Assembly (NCBI GenBank): GCA_019090385.1
Contig: JAHRWB010000001.1
Coordinates: 10,484-74,483 of the forward strand
Length of the DNA stretch: 64,000 bases
DNA from: Pseudomonadales bacterium
GTDB taxonomy: Bacteria; Pseudomonadota; Gammaproteobacteria; Pseudomonadales; Azotimanducaceae
Direction: 5' to 3'
Part shown: piece after piece, positions 9,694-19,340 of the stretch
Layout of the letters: each line of letters starts with the position of its first letter
Position numbering within the stretch: the first letter of the stretch is position 1
Translations under genes and position numbers: made by a program
Notes under the pieces: model-generated
Databases searched by the model: none
Told to the model about the DNA's origin: nothing
What the model saw: the letters and a program-made list of their open reading frames with translations, nothing else

Positions 9694-9812
9694 ACTGCAT
9701 TCCCCTATAAGATTGGCAATACTATAACCCAGAGCTGGTTATATTCGTATAGCGTTTACCTCTGAAAATTTATTAGAAATCTTTTATGATTCATTCTTTC
9801 CTATAAATCAGG

Positions 9813-11045
9813 GTGAAAAACTTGTCCGAGATAACCAGCAGTAACGAGAGTCCAGAAGATGCAGCCTTTCGCAGCGAGACGCGCGCATGGCTGGAAAAAA
9901 ATTGTCCTGCCAGCATGCGTACATCCATGCCGGAAAATGAAACGGTGTGGGGAGGCACTCAGGAAACCTTCAAAAACCCGGATTCAAAAATATGGTTAGA
10001 AAACATGGCAAGCAAAGGCTGGACTGTACCGACATGGCCTAAAGAATACGGCGGCGGCGGGCTATCACCCCGTGAGAACAAAATACTCTCGCAGGAATTG
10101 AACGATATTAACGCACGACCTGCCCTACAAAGTTTTGGTATCTGGATGTTAGGTCCAGCCATGCTGGAGTTTGCGTCGGAAGCGCAAAAACTGGAACATT
10201 TACCCAAAATAGTCCACGGGGAAATTCGTTGGTGCCAGGGTTACTCTGAACCCGGCGCTGGTTCAGACCTGGCTGGTCTGCAAACCCGAGCCGAAGATAA
10301 GGGCGATCACTACCTGGTCAATGGATCCAAAGTGTGGACCTCCTATGCGGACAAAGCTGATTGGATCTTTTGCCTCGTTCGAACCGACCCTGATGCGCCC
10401 AAACACGAAGGTATAAGCTTCCTGCTCTTTGATATGCGCCAAAAAGGTGTTACCGCTCAGCCCATTAAACTGATCAGTGGTTCCTCACCTTTTTGTCAAA
10501 CCTTCTTTGATGATGCGAAAGCCGACAAAGCAAATTTAGTCGGCGAGCTAAACAAGGGTTGGACCATTGCCAAACGTTTATTGCAGCATGAAAGACAAAT
10601 GATCTCAGGAATTGGTGGCAATGCTGCCCTGGGCGGCTCGGAAGGCAGCCTCGAAAATATTGCCAAAAAATATATAGGCACTAGCCCGGACGAAAAAATC
10701 GCAGAGTCGGCAACTCGAGATAAAATTGTTCAGCATAAAATGAATGATGTCGCGTTTAAACTCACTATGAGCAGAGCACGTGAAGAAGCCCTTCAGGGAA
10801 ATGCCGATGGCGCACTTACATCCATGTTTAAGTACTTTGGTAGTGAGCAAAACAAACGAAAATTTGAATTGCTACTGGAAATCATGGGATCTCAGGCGCT
10901 CGGCTGGGACGGCGATCAGTTTTCCGACAGAGAATTGAACACTACCCGACAATGGTTACGCTCCAAAGCGAACTCCATTGAGGGCGGAACCAGCGAAGTA
11001 CAGCTCAACATCATTTCGAAAAGAGTACTTGGTCTTCCAGACTAA
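9813..11045 (+). CDS. Acyl-CoA dehydrogenase family protein
   Basis: 410 aa from a GTG start. It carries ACAD middle-domain signatures (WCQGYSEPGAGSDLAGLQTRA, NGSKVWTS) and a C-terminal IEGGTSEVQLNII. Confidence 0.85.
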   Translation: MKNLSEITSSNESPEDAAFRSETRAWLEKNCPASMRTSMPENETVWGGTQETFKNPDSKIWLENMASKGWTVPTWPKEYGGGGLSPRENKILSQELNDINARPALQSFGIWMLGPAMLEFASEAQKLEHLPKIVHGEIRWCQGYSEPGAGSDLAGLQTRAEDKGDHYLVNGSKVWTSYADKADWIFCLVRTDPDAPKHEGISFLLFDMRQKGVTAQPIKLISGSSPFCQTFFDDAKADKANLVGELNKGWTIAKRLLQHERQMISGIGGNAALGGSEGSLENIAKKYIGTSPDEKIAESATRDKIVQHKMNDVAFKLTMSRAREEALQGNADGALTSMFKYFGSEQNKRKFELLLEIMGSQALGWDGDQFSDRELNTTRQWLRSKANSIEGGTSEVQLNIISKRVLGLPD

Positions 11046-11085
11046 GTACTCAGCCCAAATAGCTCGGGAACAAGGAAGCATTTGA

Positions 11086-11679
11086 ATGGATACTGGTATC
11101 ATACTTTTGGCAGTCGCGGTTGGAGCAGTCTTCTGGGCTGTAAGTATCTACAACAACCTGGTTAAGTTTAAGAACCGATATGAAAATGCTTTTGCCCAGA
11201 TCGAAGTTCAGCTAAAACGCCGGTATGACTTAATCCCCAATTTGGTAGAAACGGCCAAAGGCTATCTGAAACATGAAAGTGAAACCCTTGAGGCTGTAAT
11301 AGCAGCACGTAATCAAGCTCTGAGCGGTTTGGATAAAGCGGCATCCGACCCCTCAGATGCCGCCGCTATGGAACAGCTGGCAAGTGCAGAAGGCATGCTG
11401 GGCTCCGCCATGGGCCGTTTGAACGTCGTTATGGAAGCTTATCCAGATTTGAAAGCCAACCAGAATATGATGCAACTTTCAGAAGAGCTAAGCTCTACAG
11501 AAAACAAAGTGTCGTTTTCTCGCCAGGCCTACAATGACCAGGTTATGGCTTACAACACGTTCAAGCAAAGCTTCCCACCGGTGGCATTGGCTAGCATGTT
11601 CGGCCACAGCACGGATGCAACACTATTGGAATTCGAAGACAGCCAGCAAATACAAGCAGCTCCCAAGATTTCGTTTTAA
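11086..11679 (+). CDS. LemA family protein
   Basis: 197 aa with an N-terminal TM segment followed by YNNLVKFKNRYENAFAQIEVQLKRRYDLIPNLVETAKGY, the canonical LemA signature. Confidence 0.9.
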   Translation: MDTGIILLAVAVGAVFWAVSIYNNLVKFKNRYENAFAQIEVQLKRRYDLIPNLVETAKGYLKHESETLEAVIAARNQALSGLDKAASDPSDAAAMEQLASAEGMLGSAMGRLNVVMEAYPDLKANQNMMQLSEELSSTENKVSFSRQAYNDQVMAYNTFKQSFPPVALASMFGHSTDATLLEFEDSQQIQAAPKISF

Positions 11680-11707
11680 TACTTAAATAGACACAGACTC
11701 AAAGCGC

Positions 11708-13669
11708 ATGGATTTCTTTCAGGCCCAAGACACTGCCAAACGAAAAACGGGGCAGCTCGTCCTGTTGTTTACCGCCGCAGTTTTGGGCCTTATCGTGCTG
11801 ACCAATATTCTGCTCAGCCTGACAATAGGCATCACCGCTATGAGCGGCAATCCCGGACAGGCTTCCACAGCGGTACCGGACTTAGCCAACATGTCCGTCG
11901 AACAGTGGATATATAACAGCCTGGCTGTTCTTACCGTTATCAGCCTTGCTACCATATACAAGTACCTGCAGGTACGCGGCGGGGGCCGGGCAGTGGCTGA
12001 ATCATTGGGCGGCATTCCACTTGATCCAAATTCAAAAGACCCTAAACAGCGAAGGTTACAGAATATTGTCCAAGAGATGGCCATTGCGTCCGGCTTGCCT
12101 GTCCCTCCTATATATTTATTGAAAGACCCGGCTATCAATGCGTTTGCCGCAGGCCTCACGCCCGGAGATGCTGTCATCGGTGTTACCCAGGGTACGCTGG
12201 ACCTGTTGAACCGGGATGAGCTGCAAGCGGTAATCGGGCATGAATTCAGCCACATACTTAATGGCGACACGCGTATTAATTTGCGCCTAATAGCAATCTT
12301 GCATGGCATCCTATTCATTGGCTTGATCGGGGCTGGCCTGCTGCGCGGCCGCCTGTTCAGCAGCCGATCAAAAGAAGGTGGTCTTCCCATTGCAGCGCTT
12401 GCCATTGGACTGCTGGTCATTGGCTATGCAGGAACTTTTTTTGGTAGTCTCATAAAAGCAGCCGTCAGCCGCCAAAGAGAATTCTTAGCTGATTCCGCAT
12501 CAGTACAATTTACGCGCAACCCGTCCGGATTATCTCAAGCCTTACAAAAAATTGGCGGTGCGGTGTATGGTTCCAACATATCAAAATTTGATGTTGAAGA
12601 AGCCAGCCATATGTTCTTTGGCCAAGCAGTTAACCATTTTATGAATACTCTGATGGCAACCCACCCTCCTTTAGAGAAACGTATTTTGGCCATCGATCCA
12701 CAATGGCAGGGGAAGTTTCCAGAGACCATCACCGTGTTATCAGAAACAGAACATATCGCTTCTCAAAAATATGCTGTAGCCAGTATGGCTACTTCAATGA
12801 CCCCTTCGGATAACAGTTATCTTGATATTAGTGATCTACCTGACTCAGTAGGCAATCCAAAAATTGAAAACCTGAACACAGCTCAAAATTTGATCGAATC
12901 ATCCAACAGCCTTCTTATGCAAGCAGCCCATGATGCCTGGGCTGTACGCACGCTCATATATGCACTACTTTTGGATAAAGATATTGAAACCCGAAAATTT
13001 CAACTCGATCTACTGGGCAATCGCACCGATGCAGGGGAACCAGAATACCTAAATCGTCTACTGGCATCTGTAGATGACCTTGACCATGAACATAAGCTGT
13101 TGTTGTTATCTGCATCGATGCCTGCCCTTAAATCCTTGTCGCACAAACAGTACAAGCACTTTATGGGTATCGTAGTTGATTTGATAAAAATTGATAACGA
13201 AATTAGCCTGTTTGAATGGGTTTTATATCGTATTTTGGTCAAGGATCTAAAAGGACATTACCAGCGCGTTAAGCGTATAAAAACCCGGCACAGGAAACTT
13301 GAAAGTATTGCTCAGGATGTTGTTGAATTGCTGGCAGCGCTGGCACGAGTTTCGGACAACCCCCAGGTATCTCTGATAGAGGGTCTTAACACCGCGGGAA
13401 TGGCAGTCTCGGGGCTTACTTCAGAAAATTCGTCGTCGCGGCAAAATGTAATACTTGAGGGCCAAGACCCAAACTTTAGACGTTTGAATAGTGCTTTACA
13501 GGAGTTGCGAGCATTACACCCACTGGAAAAACCTCGACTGATAAAAGCCTGCGCTGCTACCGTACTAGCTGACGGACTACTGAACCAGGATGAAATGGCC
13601 CTACTGCAAGGAATGGCTGCGACACTGGACTGCCCACTGCCGCCAATATTACTACCTGAGAGAAACTAA
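11708..13669 (+). CDS. M48-family (HtpX-like) zinc metallopeptidase with a long C-terminal extension
   Basis: 653 aa with TM segments flanking the HExxH motif (IGHEFSHILNGD) and a downstream Glu in REFLADSASV. About 300 extra C-terminal residues end in a TerB-like ADGLLNQDEMALLQGMA motif. Confidence 0.8.
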   Translation: MDFFQAQDTAKRKTGQLVLLFTAAVLGLIVLTNILLSLTIGITAMSGNPGQASTAVPDLANMSVEQWIYNSLAVLTVISLATIYKYLQVRGGGRAVAESLGGIPLDPNSKDPKQRRLQNIVQEMAIASGLPVPPIYLLKDPAINAFAAGLTPGDAVIGVTQGTLDLLNRDELQAVIGHEFSHILNGDTRINLRLIAILHGILFIGLIGAGLLRGRLFSSRSKEGGLPIAALAIGLLVIGYAGTFFGSLIKAAVSRQREFLADSASVQFTRNPSGLSQALQKIGGAVYGSNISKFDVEEASHMFFGQAVNHFMNTLMATHPPLEKRILAIDPQWQGKFPETITVLSETEHIASQKYAVASMATSMTPSDNSYLDISDLPDSVGNPKIENLNTAQNLIESSNSLLMQAAHDAWAVRTLIYALLLDKDIETRKFQLDLLGNRTDAGEPEYLNRLLASVDDLDHEHKLLLLSASMPALKSLSHKQYKHFMGIVVDLIKIDNEISLFEWVLYRILVKDLKGHYQRVKRIKTRHRKLESIAQDVVELLAALARVSDNPQVSLIEGLNTAGMAVSGLTSENSSSRQNVILEGQDPNFRRLNSALQELRALHPLEKPRLIKACAATVLADGLLNQDEMALLQGMAATLDCPLPPILLPERN

Positions 13670-13704
13670 CCATATGTTAAGCACTGACAAGCGCTGAACT
13701 GAAT

Positions 13705-15195
13705 TTGACTGAAACAAATGCCAAGCCAGAATATTTGGCTGCCCTGGACCTGGGTTCTAACAGCTTTCATATGATTGTAGCAAGACACCACGAAGGTCAA
13801 CTACAGACCATTGATAAGCTCAAAGACATGGTTCGCCTCGCGGAAGGTCTGGATAAGCAGGGTAATCTTGACAAAAAAGTTAAGTTACGGGCCCTTAAAG
13901 CTTTGGACAGATTTGGCCAACGATTGCGCGGTTTACCTGGAGAAGCAGTTCGTGTTGTGGGTACAAATAGCTTTCGCAGAATCAACAAAAAGAACGATTT
14001 CTTAGAACTGGCAGAAGAAACCCTGGGACAGCGCATTGATATCATATCCGGAAAGGAAGAAGCACGTTTGGTGTTCCTGGGTGTTGCCCACGCACTTGAA
14101 AATACCGAAGATAAACGGCTGATTGTAGATATTGGAGGCGGCAGCACTGAGCTGATTGTTGGCAAAAATTTTAAACCAATTCACCTCGAAAGCTTATACA
14201 TGGGCTGTGTAAGCATGTCCGAAAAGCACTTCCCTGATGGAAAAATTAATACTGCCAAAATAAAAAAAGCAGAACTGGATGCTATGCAACATCTTGAGTC
14301 TGTTAGTAATTTGTACACCAGCGCAAGCTGGGATAGTGCAGTAGGTGCATCAGGAACTATTCTCGCCGTGCAATTGGTTATCACTCAAAATGGATGGAGC
14401 AAAAAAGGCATTACCCGGTATGCTCTGGAAGAGCTCAAAGCCGCATTATGCGACCCAAACAGCAAAATAAAAGGACTGGCCGAAGAGCGTGCCACGGTAT
14501 TTCCAGGTGGGGTAGCCATTTTAAGCGCACTGTTTGAACGCCTGAATATCGAGTCAATGGAGGTTTCATCCGGTGCCTTGAGAGAAGGGTTATTATACGA
14601 CCTCATCGGTCGTCATGAAGCAAATGATATTCGAAATACCAGTGTGATGGATCTAGTAGAGCGATATCAAATCGACCGAAAACAGGCCAATGCAATCTAT
14701 GAGACAGTACTATCTCTTTTAAAACAAACTGACAAGAGCTGGCGTATTGATGCTCCACAACACCGCCAACTACTATACTGGGCTTCAATGCTGCATGAGA
14801 TAGGTATAAATATTTCGCATCGACAATATCATAAACACGGAGAATACCTCACCTCAAACATGGATATACCCGGGTTTTCGGACCAGGATCAAAAACAGCT
14901 ATCTTTACTGGTCCGTTGTCACAGAAAGAAATTCGACCCTGGTTTATTCGATGACCTGCCCCGCAAGCAAAAAACTACCCTTACCCGCTTGGCAATATTA
15001 CTCCGCATAGCTGTTGTACTGCACCGAGATCGTAGTTCTTCGGAAAAGGCGCTCCCGAAAATTCAAATTACAGAAGCCTTTATCAAACTAAAATTTTCGG
15101 ATGGTTGGCACGAGGCACATCCTCTTACACGCCTGGATCTGGAGCAGGAGTCACTGTTTCTATCCGAAATCCCTTTGGTACTGAAGTTGAGCTAG
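13705..15195 (+). CDS. ppx: Exopolyphosphatase (Ppx/GppA family)
   Basis: 496 aa from a TTG start, with the ASKHA fold motifs LAALDLGSNSFHM and DIGGGSTEL and a C-terminal HD-like region. It is adjacent to ppk1. Confidence 0.9.
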   Translation: MTETNAKPEYLAALDLGSNSFHMIVARHHEGQLQTIDKLKDMVRLAEGLDKQGNLDKKVKLRALKALDRFGQRLRGLPGEAVRVVGTNSFRRINKKNDFLELAEETLGQRIDIISGKEEARLVFLGVAHALENTEDKRLIVDIGGGSTELIVGKNFKPIHLESLYMGCVSMSEKHFPDGKINTAKIKKAELDAMQHLESVSNLYTSASWDSAVGASGTILAVQLVITQNGWSKKGITRYALEELKAALCDPNSKIKGLAEERATVFPGGVAILSALFERLNIESMEVSSGALREGLLYDLIGRHEANDIRNTSVMDLVERYQIDRKQANAIYETVLSLLKQTDKSWRIDAPQHRQLLYWASMLHEIGINISHRQYHKHGEYLTSNMDIPGFSDQDQKQLSLLVRCHRKKFDPGLFDDLPRKQKTTLTRLAILLRIAVVLHRDRSSSEKALPKIQITEAFIKLKFSDGWHEAHPLTRLDLEQESLFLSEIPLVLKLS

Positions 15196-17285
15196 GTAGA
15201 AGGAATCGCATCCAACAATGCCTGCTGAGCACAAAATCGTTGTTGATCTCCCGGCGTTTCCCTGAGGTAACAACCATCTGATTGCAGCACCCAGGCCTGA
15301 ATATTGTCAGCCAAGTAAAATTCAAAACTTTCCCTGATAACACGGGCTTTAAGCTTGGGTTCAATAACCGGAAAGCAACTCTCTACCCGATCGAAAAAAT
15401 TTCTATGCATCCAGTCTGCACTGGATAAAAGTACCAATTGTGCGCCTGCCGCTTCAAAATAAAATACCCGGGTATGTTCCAGAAAGCGACCAATAACTGA
15501 GCGTACATGAATATTCTCGGATATACCCTTCACGCCCGGGCGCAAACAACAATGACCACGCACGATAAGATCAATTTTCACACCTGCCCTGGACGCTCGA
15601 TAAAGTGCACGGATCACCTGGGGTTCATTCAGCGAGTTCATTTTGGCCATAATTCGAGCCGGCTTACCCTCAAGCGCGTTATCGATCTCATCTTCTATCA
15701 AATCAAGCAAAGAATCATGCAAGGTAAAGGGAGACTGCAACATTTTCTTCAATTTGCCTTCACGACCCATTGCTGTAAGCAATTGAAATATTTTGTGTAC
15801 GTCCTCACACATATCCTCATCGCAAGTAAATAGTCCAAAATCCGTATATAGCCTTGCTGTTCGAGCATGGTAATTTCCCGTGCCCAGATGCACAAATCGT
15901 TGTAGCTTCCGACCCTCACGCCTGACCACCATGCTCATTTTTGCGTGCGTCTTGTGTCCCACTACACCATAAACAACTTGTACGCCAGCAGCCTGAAGCA
16001 CGTTTGCTAATTCAATATTCTCTTCTTCATCAAATCTGGCTCGCAGCTCAATTACCACCAGCACTTCCTTCCCGGCCTCAGCAGCTTGAACCAAAGCATG
16101 CACAATGGCGGAGTTCAGGCCCGTTCTATATAAGGTCTGACGAATGGACAGTACATCCTTGTCCAGCGCCGCCTGATTAATGAAATCTATAACTGGAGCG
16201 AAGGAATCAAAAGGGTGGTGCATCAAGATATCATTGCGTTTAATGGCATCGAATATACTGGCGTGCTGTCGAATGCTGCTGGGCATAGCAGGTGTAAAAC
16301 CCGCAAACTTAAGTTCTGGCCTGTCTACACTATCAGGAATGGCCGCAAGGCAACTCAAATTCACCGGCCCATCACAACGATATATATCCGGCTTTTGTAG
16401 TTTAAATTTATCACCAAGAAACTTTTCCAACGAATCGGGACAGTCTTCTGATAGCTCCAGACGAACTGCTTCTCCAAAAAAGCGCGAAGGTAGCTCACCT
16501 TCAAGAGCCCTGAGCAAATCATCAATTTCTTCATCATCAACAAACAAATTACTATTGCGCGTTACGCGAAACTCATAACAACCACTTACCTTCATTCCTG
16601 AAAACAAACCTGCAATGTTTTCCTGAATAATTGCAGAAAGAAAGACAAAATCATTTTCGCCGCCGGCGCATTTTTCAGGCAAGCGCACCACACGTGGTAG
16701 AGATCTCGGGGCCTGAACAACAGCCTTACTTGAATTGCGACCAAAAGCATCCCGACCCTTCAGCGTAACAATGAAATTCAAACCCTTATTCAAAACATTG
16801 GGAAATGGGTGAGAAGGATCCAGACCTATCGGGCTGAGGATGGGAGCCAATTCATGCTTAAAAAACTGTTTTATCCACCTGGATTGCGCCTCATTCCATG
16901 CCGACCTGGGTAAAAACCGAACACGTTGTATATCCAGATGAGGCAGCAGTACTTCATTCAACAAACGATACTGTTCAGCAACCAGCTCCCCTGCCCGCAC
17001 GGCGATTCGGCTAAGTTGTTCAGTGGCGGATAGATTATCCGCACCCCGTTGAGTGGAGCCATAAACCTGCTGCTGTTTTAATCCAGCCACCCGTACTTCA
17101 AAAAATTCATCCAGATTCAGCCCGGCAATGCACAAATACCTCAAACGCTCAAGTAAGGGCACATTCTCGTCTTTTGCCTGTTCCAGGACCCTGTGGTTAA
17201 ATTCCAGCAGAGACAATTCCCGGTTAATAAATAACTCTGGGTTGAACAGATCGACTTCTTCACTTGGCGGCGTATGATTTTCCAT
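15192..17285 (-). CDS. ppk: Polyphosphate kinase 1
   Basis: 697 aa with the N-terminal FINRELSLLEFNHRVLEQA. The phospho-His region is VYGVVGHKTHAKM and the C-terminal PLD-like motif is SADWMHRNFFDRVE. Confidence 0.95.
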   Translation of the reverse strand: MENHTPPSEEVDLFNPELFINRELSLLEFNHRVLEQAKDENVPLLERLRYLCIAGLNLDEFFEVRVAGLKQQQVYGSTQRGADNLSATEQLSRIAVRAGELVAEQYRLLNEVLLPHLDIQRVRFLPRSAWNEAQSRWIKQFFKHELAPILSPIGLDPSHPFPNVLNKGLNFIVTLKGRDAFGRNSSKAVVQAPRSLPRVVRLPEKCAGGENDFVFLSAIIQENIAGLFSGMKVSGCYEFRVTRNSNLFVDDEEIDDLLRALEGELPSRFFGEAVRLELSEDCPDSLEKFLGDKFKLQKPDIYRCDGPVNLSCLAAIPDSVDRPELKFAGFTPAMPSSIRQHASIFDAIKRNDILMHHPFDSFAPVIDFINQAALDKDVLSIRQTLYRTGLNSAIVHALVQAAEAGKEVLVVIELRARFDEEENIELANVLQAAGVQVVYGVVGHKTHAKMSMVVRREGRKLQRFVHLGTGNYHARTARLYTDFGLFTCDEDMCEDVHKIFQLLTAMGREGKLKKMLQSPFTLHDSLLDLIEDEIDNALEGKPARIMAKMNSLNEPQVIRALYRASRAGVKIDLIVRGHCCLRPGVKGISENIHVRSVIGRFLEHTRVFYFEAAGAQLVLLSSADWMHRNFFDRVESCFPVIEPKLKARVIRESFEFYLADNIQAWVLQSDGCYLRETPGDQQRFCAQQALLDAIPST

Positions 17286-17290
17286 TAACT

Positions 17291-17367
17291 TGATAATAGC
17301 CTGTACTTTGATGATAGCCTGTACTTTGATGATAGCCTGTGTGCTGTTTGATGATAGCCTGTGCGCT
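17291..17367. repeat. Imperfect tandem repeat array: four units of 18-22 bp with core GAT(G/A)ATAGCCTGT
   Basis: The units are TGATAATAGCCTGTACTT, TGATGATAGCCTGTACTT, TGATGATAGCCTGTGTGCTGTT and TGATGATAGCCTGTGCGC, followed by a partial TGATAGATAG. The array begins 6 nt upstream of the ppk start codon. Confidence 0.9.
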
Positions 17368-17430
17368 GATAGATAGTGGAGCGCCTTTTTAAAACCTGGC
17401 CAATGGAATAACTGCCCAAGCCATATGAGC

Positions 17431-17458
17431 CCACTTTAACACGACCACTTTAACACGA
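17431..17458. repeat. Perfect 14-bp tandem duplication (CCACTTTAACACGA x2)
   Basis: Read directly in the ppk/cmoA divergent intergenic region. Confidence 0.9.
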
Positions 17459-17580
17459 CCCTCTATTAGCAACTTTTAGCATTAGTCGAGAGCATTAATC
17501 GAACAAAAATTGTGGCCACTCGGCGAATATTCAAAACTTCGATACTGGACACTTCGGCAACAATTTTACTTAGGAAATAC

Positions 17581-18294
17581 ATGACAAATCGAGACTCAAT
17601 ATTTCGAGATCCCCAGCAAATAGTTGATTTTGCCTTTGATCAGCGCGTTGTAGACGTATTTCCCGATATGATACGCCGCTCAATTCCTGGCTATGACACT
17701 ATTATCAGCATTAGCGGCCTGATGCTGGCTGAGCACCTCAAGGACTCTGAGATCTGCTACGATCTAGGTTGCTCACTGGGCGCAACTACCTTGGCCATCG
17801 CCCAGCGTCTAGGCAAAAAACGCTGCAAACTCATTGCCATCGACAATTCCGAAGCCATGTTAACGAAAGCACGTAAATTGCTCACACATGAGGCCATAGA
17901 GCTAATGATGTCCGATATCCGCCAGGTAGATTTACAGCCCGCCGGAGCAGTTGTAATGAATTTTACCCTGCAATTTATTGCACCCAAAGAGCGCCTTGCA
18001 CTGATAAAAAAAATCTACGCAGCCCTTCGACCCGGCGGCCTGCTGATCATTTCAGAGAAAATCCACTGTTCTGAAACAGCTGAGGAAGATTACTTTAATG
18101 CCATACACGCCCAGTATAAAATGGCCAACGGATACACTGGACTGGAAGTGAGTCAAAAGCGCTCAGCCCTGGAAAAAGTCATGATTATTGATGATATCGA
18201 AACACACCAGCAACGCATGAACGAAGCCGGATTCTCTGACATAAAAATATGGTTCCGGTGTTTAAACTGGGCTTCAATACTTGCCGTCAAATGA
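17581..18294 (+). CDS. cmoA: Carboxy-S-adenosyl-L-methionine synthase
   Basis: From the ATG at 17581 the protein reads MTNRDSIFRDP...FDQRVVDVFPDMIRRSIPGYDTII, the CmoA N-terminal signature. It has the SAM-MTase fold motif YDLGCSLG and is translationally coupled to cmoB. Confidence 0.9.
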   Translation: MTNRDSIFRDPQQIVDFAFDQRVVDVFPDMIRRSIPGYDTIISISGLMLAEHLKDSEICYDLGCSLGATTLAIAQRLGKKRCKLIAIDNSEAMLTKARKLLTHEAIELMMSDIRQVDLQPAGAVVMNFTLQFIAPKERLALIKKIYAALRPGGLLIISEKIHCSETAEEDYFNAIHAQYKMANGYTGLEVSQKRSALEKVMIIDDIETHQQRMNEAGFSDIKIWFRCLNWASILAVK

Positions 18295-19262
18295 ATAACA
18301 TTAATGAACTTGCCCACAGCCAATGGCAGCCGGTTTTAGAGCAAATACCACATTGGTCTTCACTGGACTCCAGTTTTGAATTATTGGAAAAACACGGTGA
18401 TTTTCCCGACTGGCAAGCTGCACTCACACAACTGCCGGAAGCAGAACCAAGCAGCTACAACTTCAAGACGAATAGTCGCTTCGGCTCAACCACTGACCTG
18501 AGCGCCGACGCGCTAAATCAACTCGAAACAGCACTTATGAAACTGCACCCCTGGCGCAAGGGCCCATTTACGGCATTCGGCCTGCACATCGATACCGAAT
18601 GGCGCTCAGACTGGAAATGGGATCGTGTACTGCCCCACCTGTCATCCCTGAGGGGTAAAACGATTCTAGACGTAGGCTGCGGAAATGGTTACTACGGGTG
18701 GCGTATGCTGGCCCAGGGAGCACGTACCGTAATCGGCATCGATCCCACGGCAATTTTTCTGATGCAACATCTGGCTCTTTCCAAGTACTGCGCCCCGCGC
18801 CCAAATTATGTACTACCCCTTAGACTAGAGGCATTGCCCCCGGGCCGGGAGGAGTTTGATAATGTATTTTCCATGGGCGTTATTTATCACAGCCGCGACC
18901 CCCAATCACATACCGACAAGTTATATACGCATTTACGATCTGGTGGCGAATTAATTCTGGAAACATTGGTCACACCAGATACCTGGACCGAAGCCCTCAT
19001 TCCCAATAATCGCTACGCACGTATGCGCAACGTCTGGCAAATACCTACCCAGGAGTTAGTACTTAAGTGGTTGAAATCTTCAGGTTTCTCCAAAATACGA
19101 GTGGTTGACGTCTCCACAACCTCCCTGAGTGAACAGCGCAGCACCCAGTGGATGACCTTTGAATCGCTGGCAGCCTGCCTTGACCCAAAAAACTCAAAAC
19201 TGACCATTGAGGGACATCCCGCACCCATTCGTGCTGTTTTCATAGCGAGCAAAGCCAATTAA
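18291..19262 (+). CDS. cmoB: tRNA U34 carboxymethyltransferase
   Basis: The ATG at 18291 overlaps the cmoA stop as ATGA. CmoB motifs are present: LHPWRKGPF, DTEWRSDWKWDRV, DVGCGNGYY and VIYHSRDP. Confidence 0.9.
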   Translation: MNNINELAHSQWQPVLEQIPHWSSLDSSFELLEKHGDFPDWQAALTQLPEAEPSSYNFKTNSRFGSTTDLSADALNQLETALMKLHPWRKGPFTAFGLHIDTEWRSDWKWDRVLPHLSSLRGKTILDVGCGNGYYGWRMLAQGARTVIGIDPTAIFLMQHLALSKYCAPRPNYVLPLRLEALPPGREEFDNVFSMGVIYHSRDPQSHTDKLYTHLRSGGELILETLVTPDTWTEALIPNNRYARMRNVWQIPTQELVLKWLKSSGFSKIRVVDVSTTSLSEQRSTQWMTFESLAACLDPKNSKLTIEGHPAPIRAVFIASKAN

Positions 19263-19340
19263 ACTATGCCCGGATGGCCCGCTCGCGGATATAATTTGCA
19301 GGTAAAATAATGATGAATAACATATGAAGCAATCTACACA

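Noticed and set aside
17291-17380. Whether the tandem repeats could be a CRISPR array or Pho boxes
   Set aside because: The units are contiguous with no unique spacers, are only 18-22 bp long, and there are no cas genes, so this is not a CRISPR array. The Pho box consensus (two CTGTCAT heptads with 11-bp periodicity) is not matched: only CTGT tetramers occur and the spacing is 18 bp. A PhoB site is therefore not supported from sequence alone.
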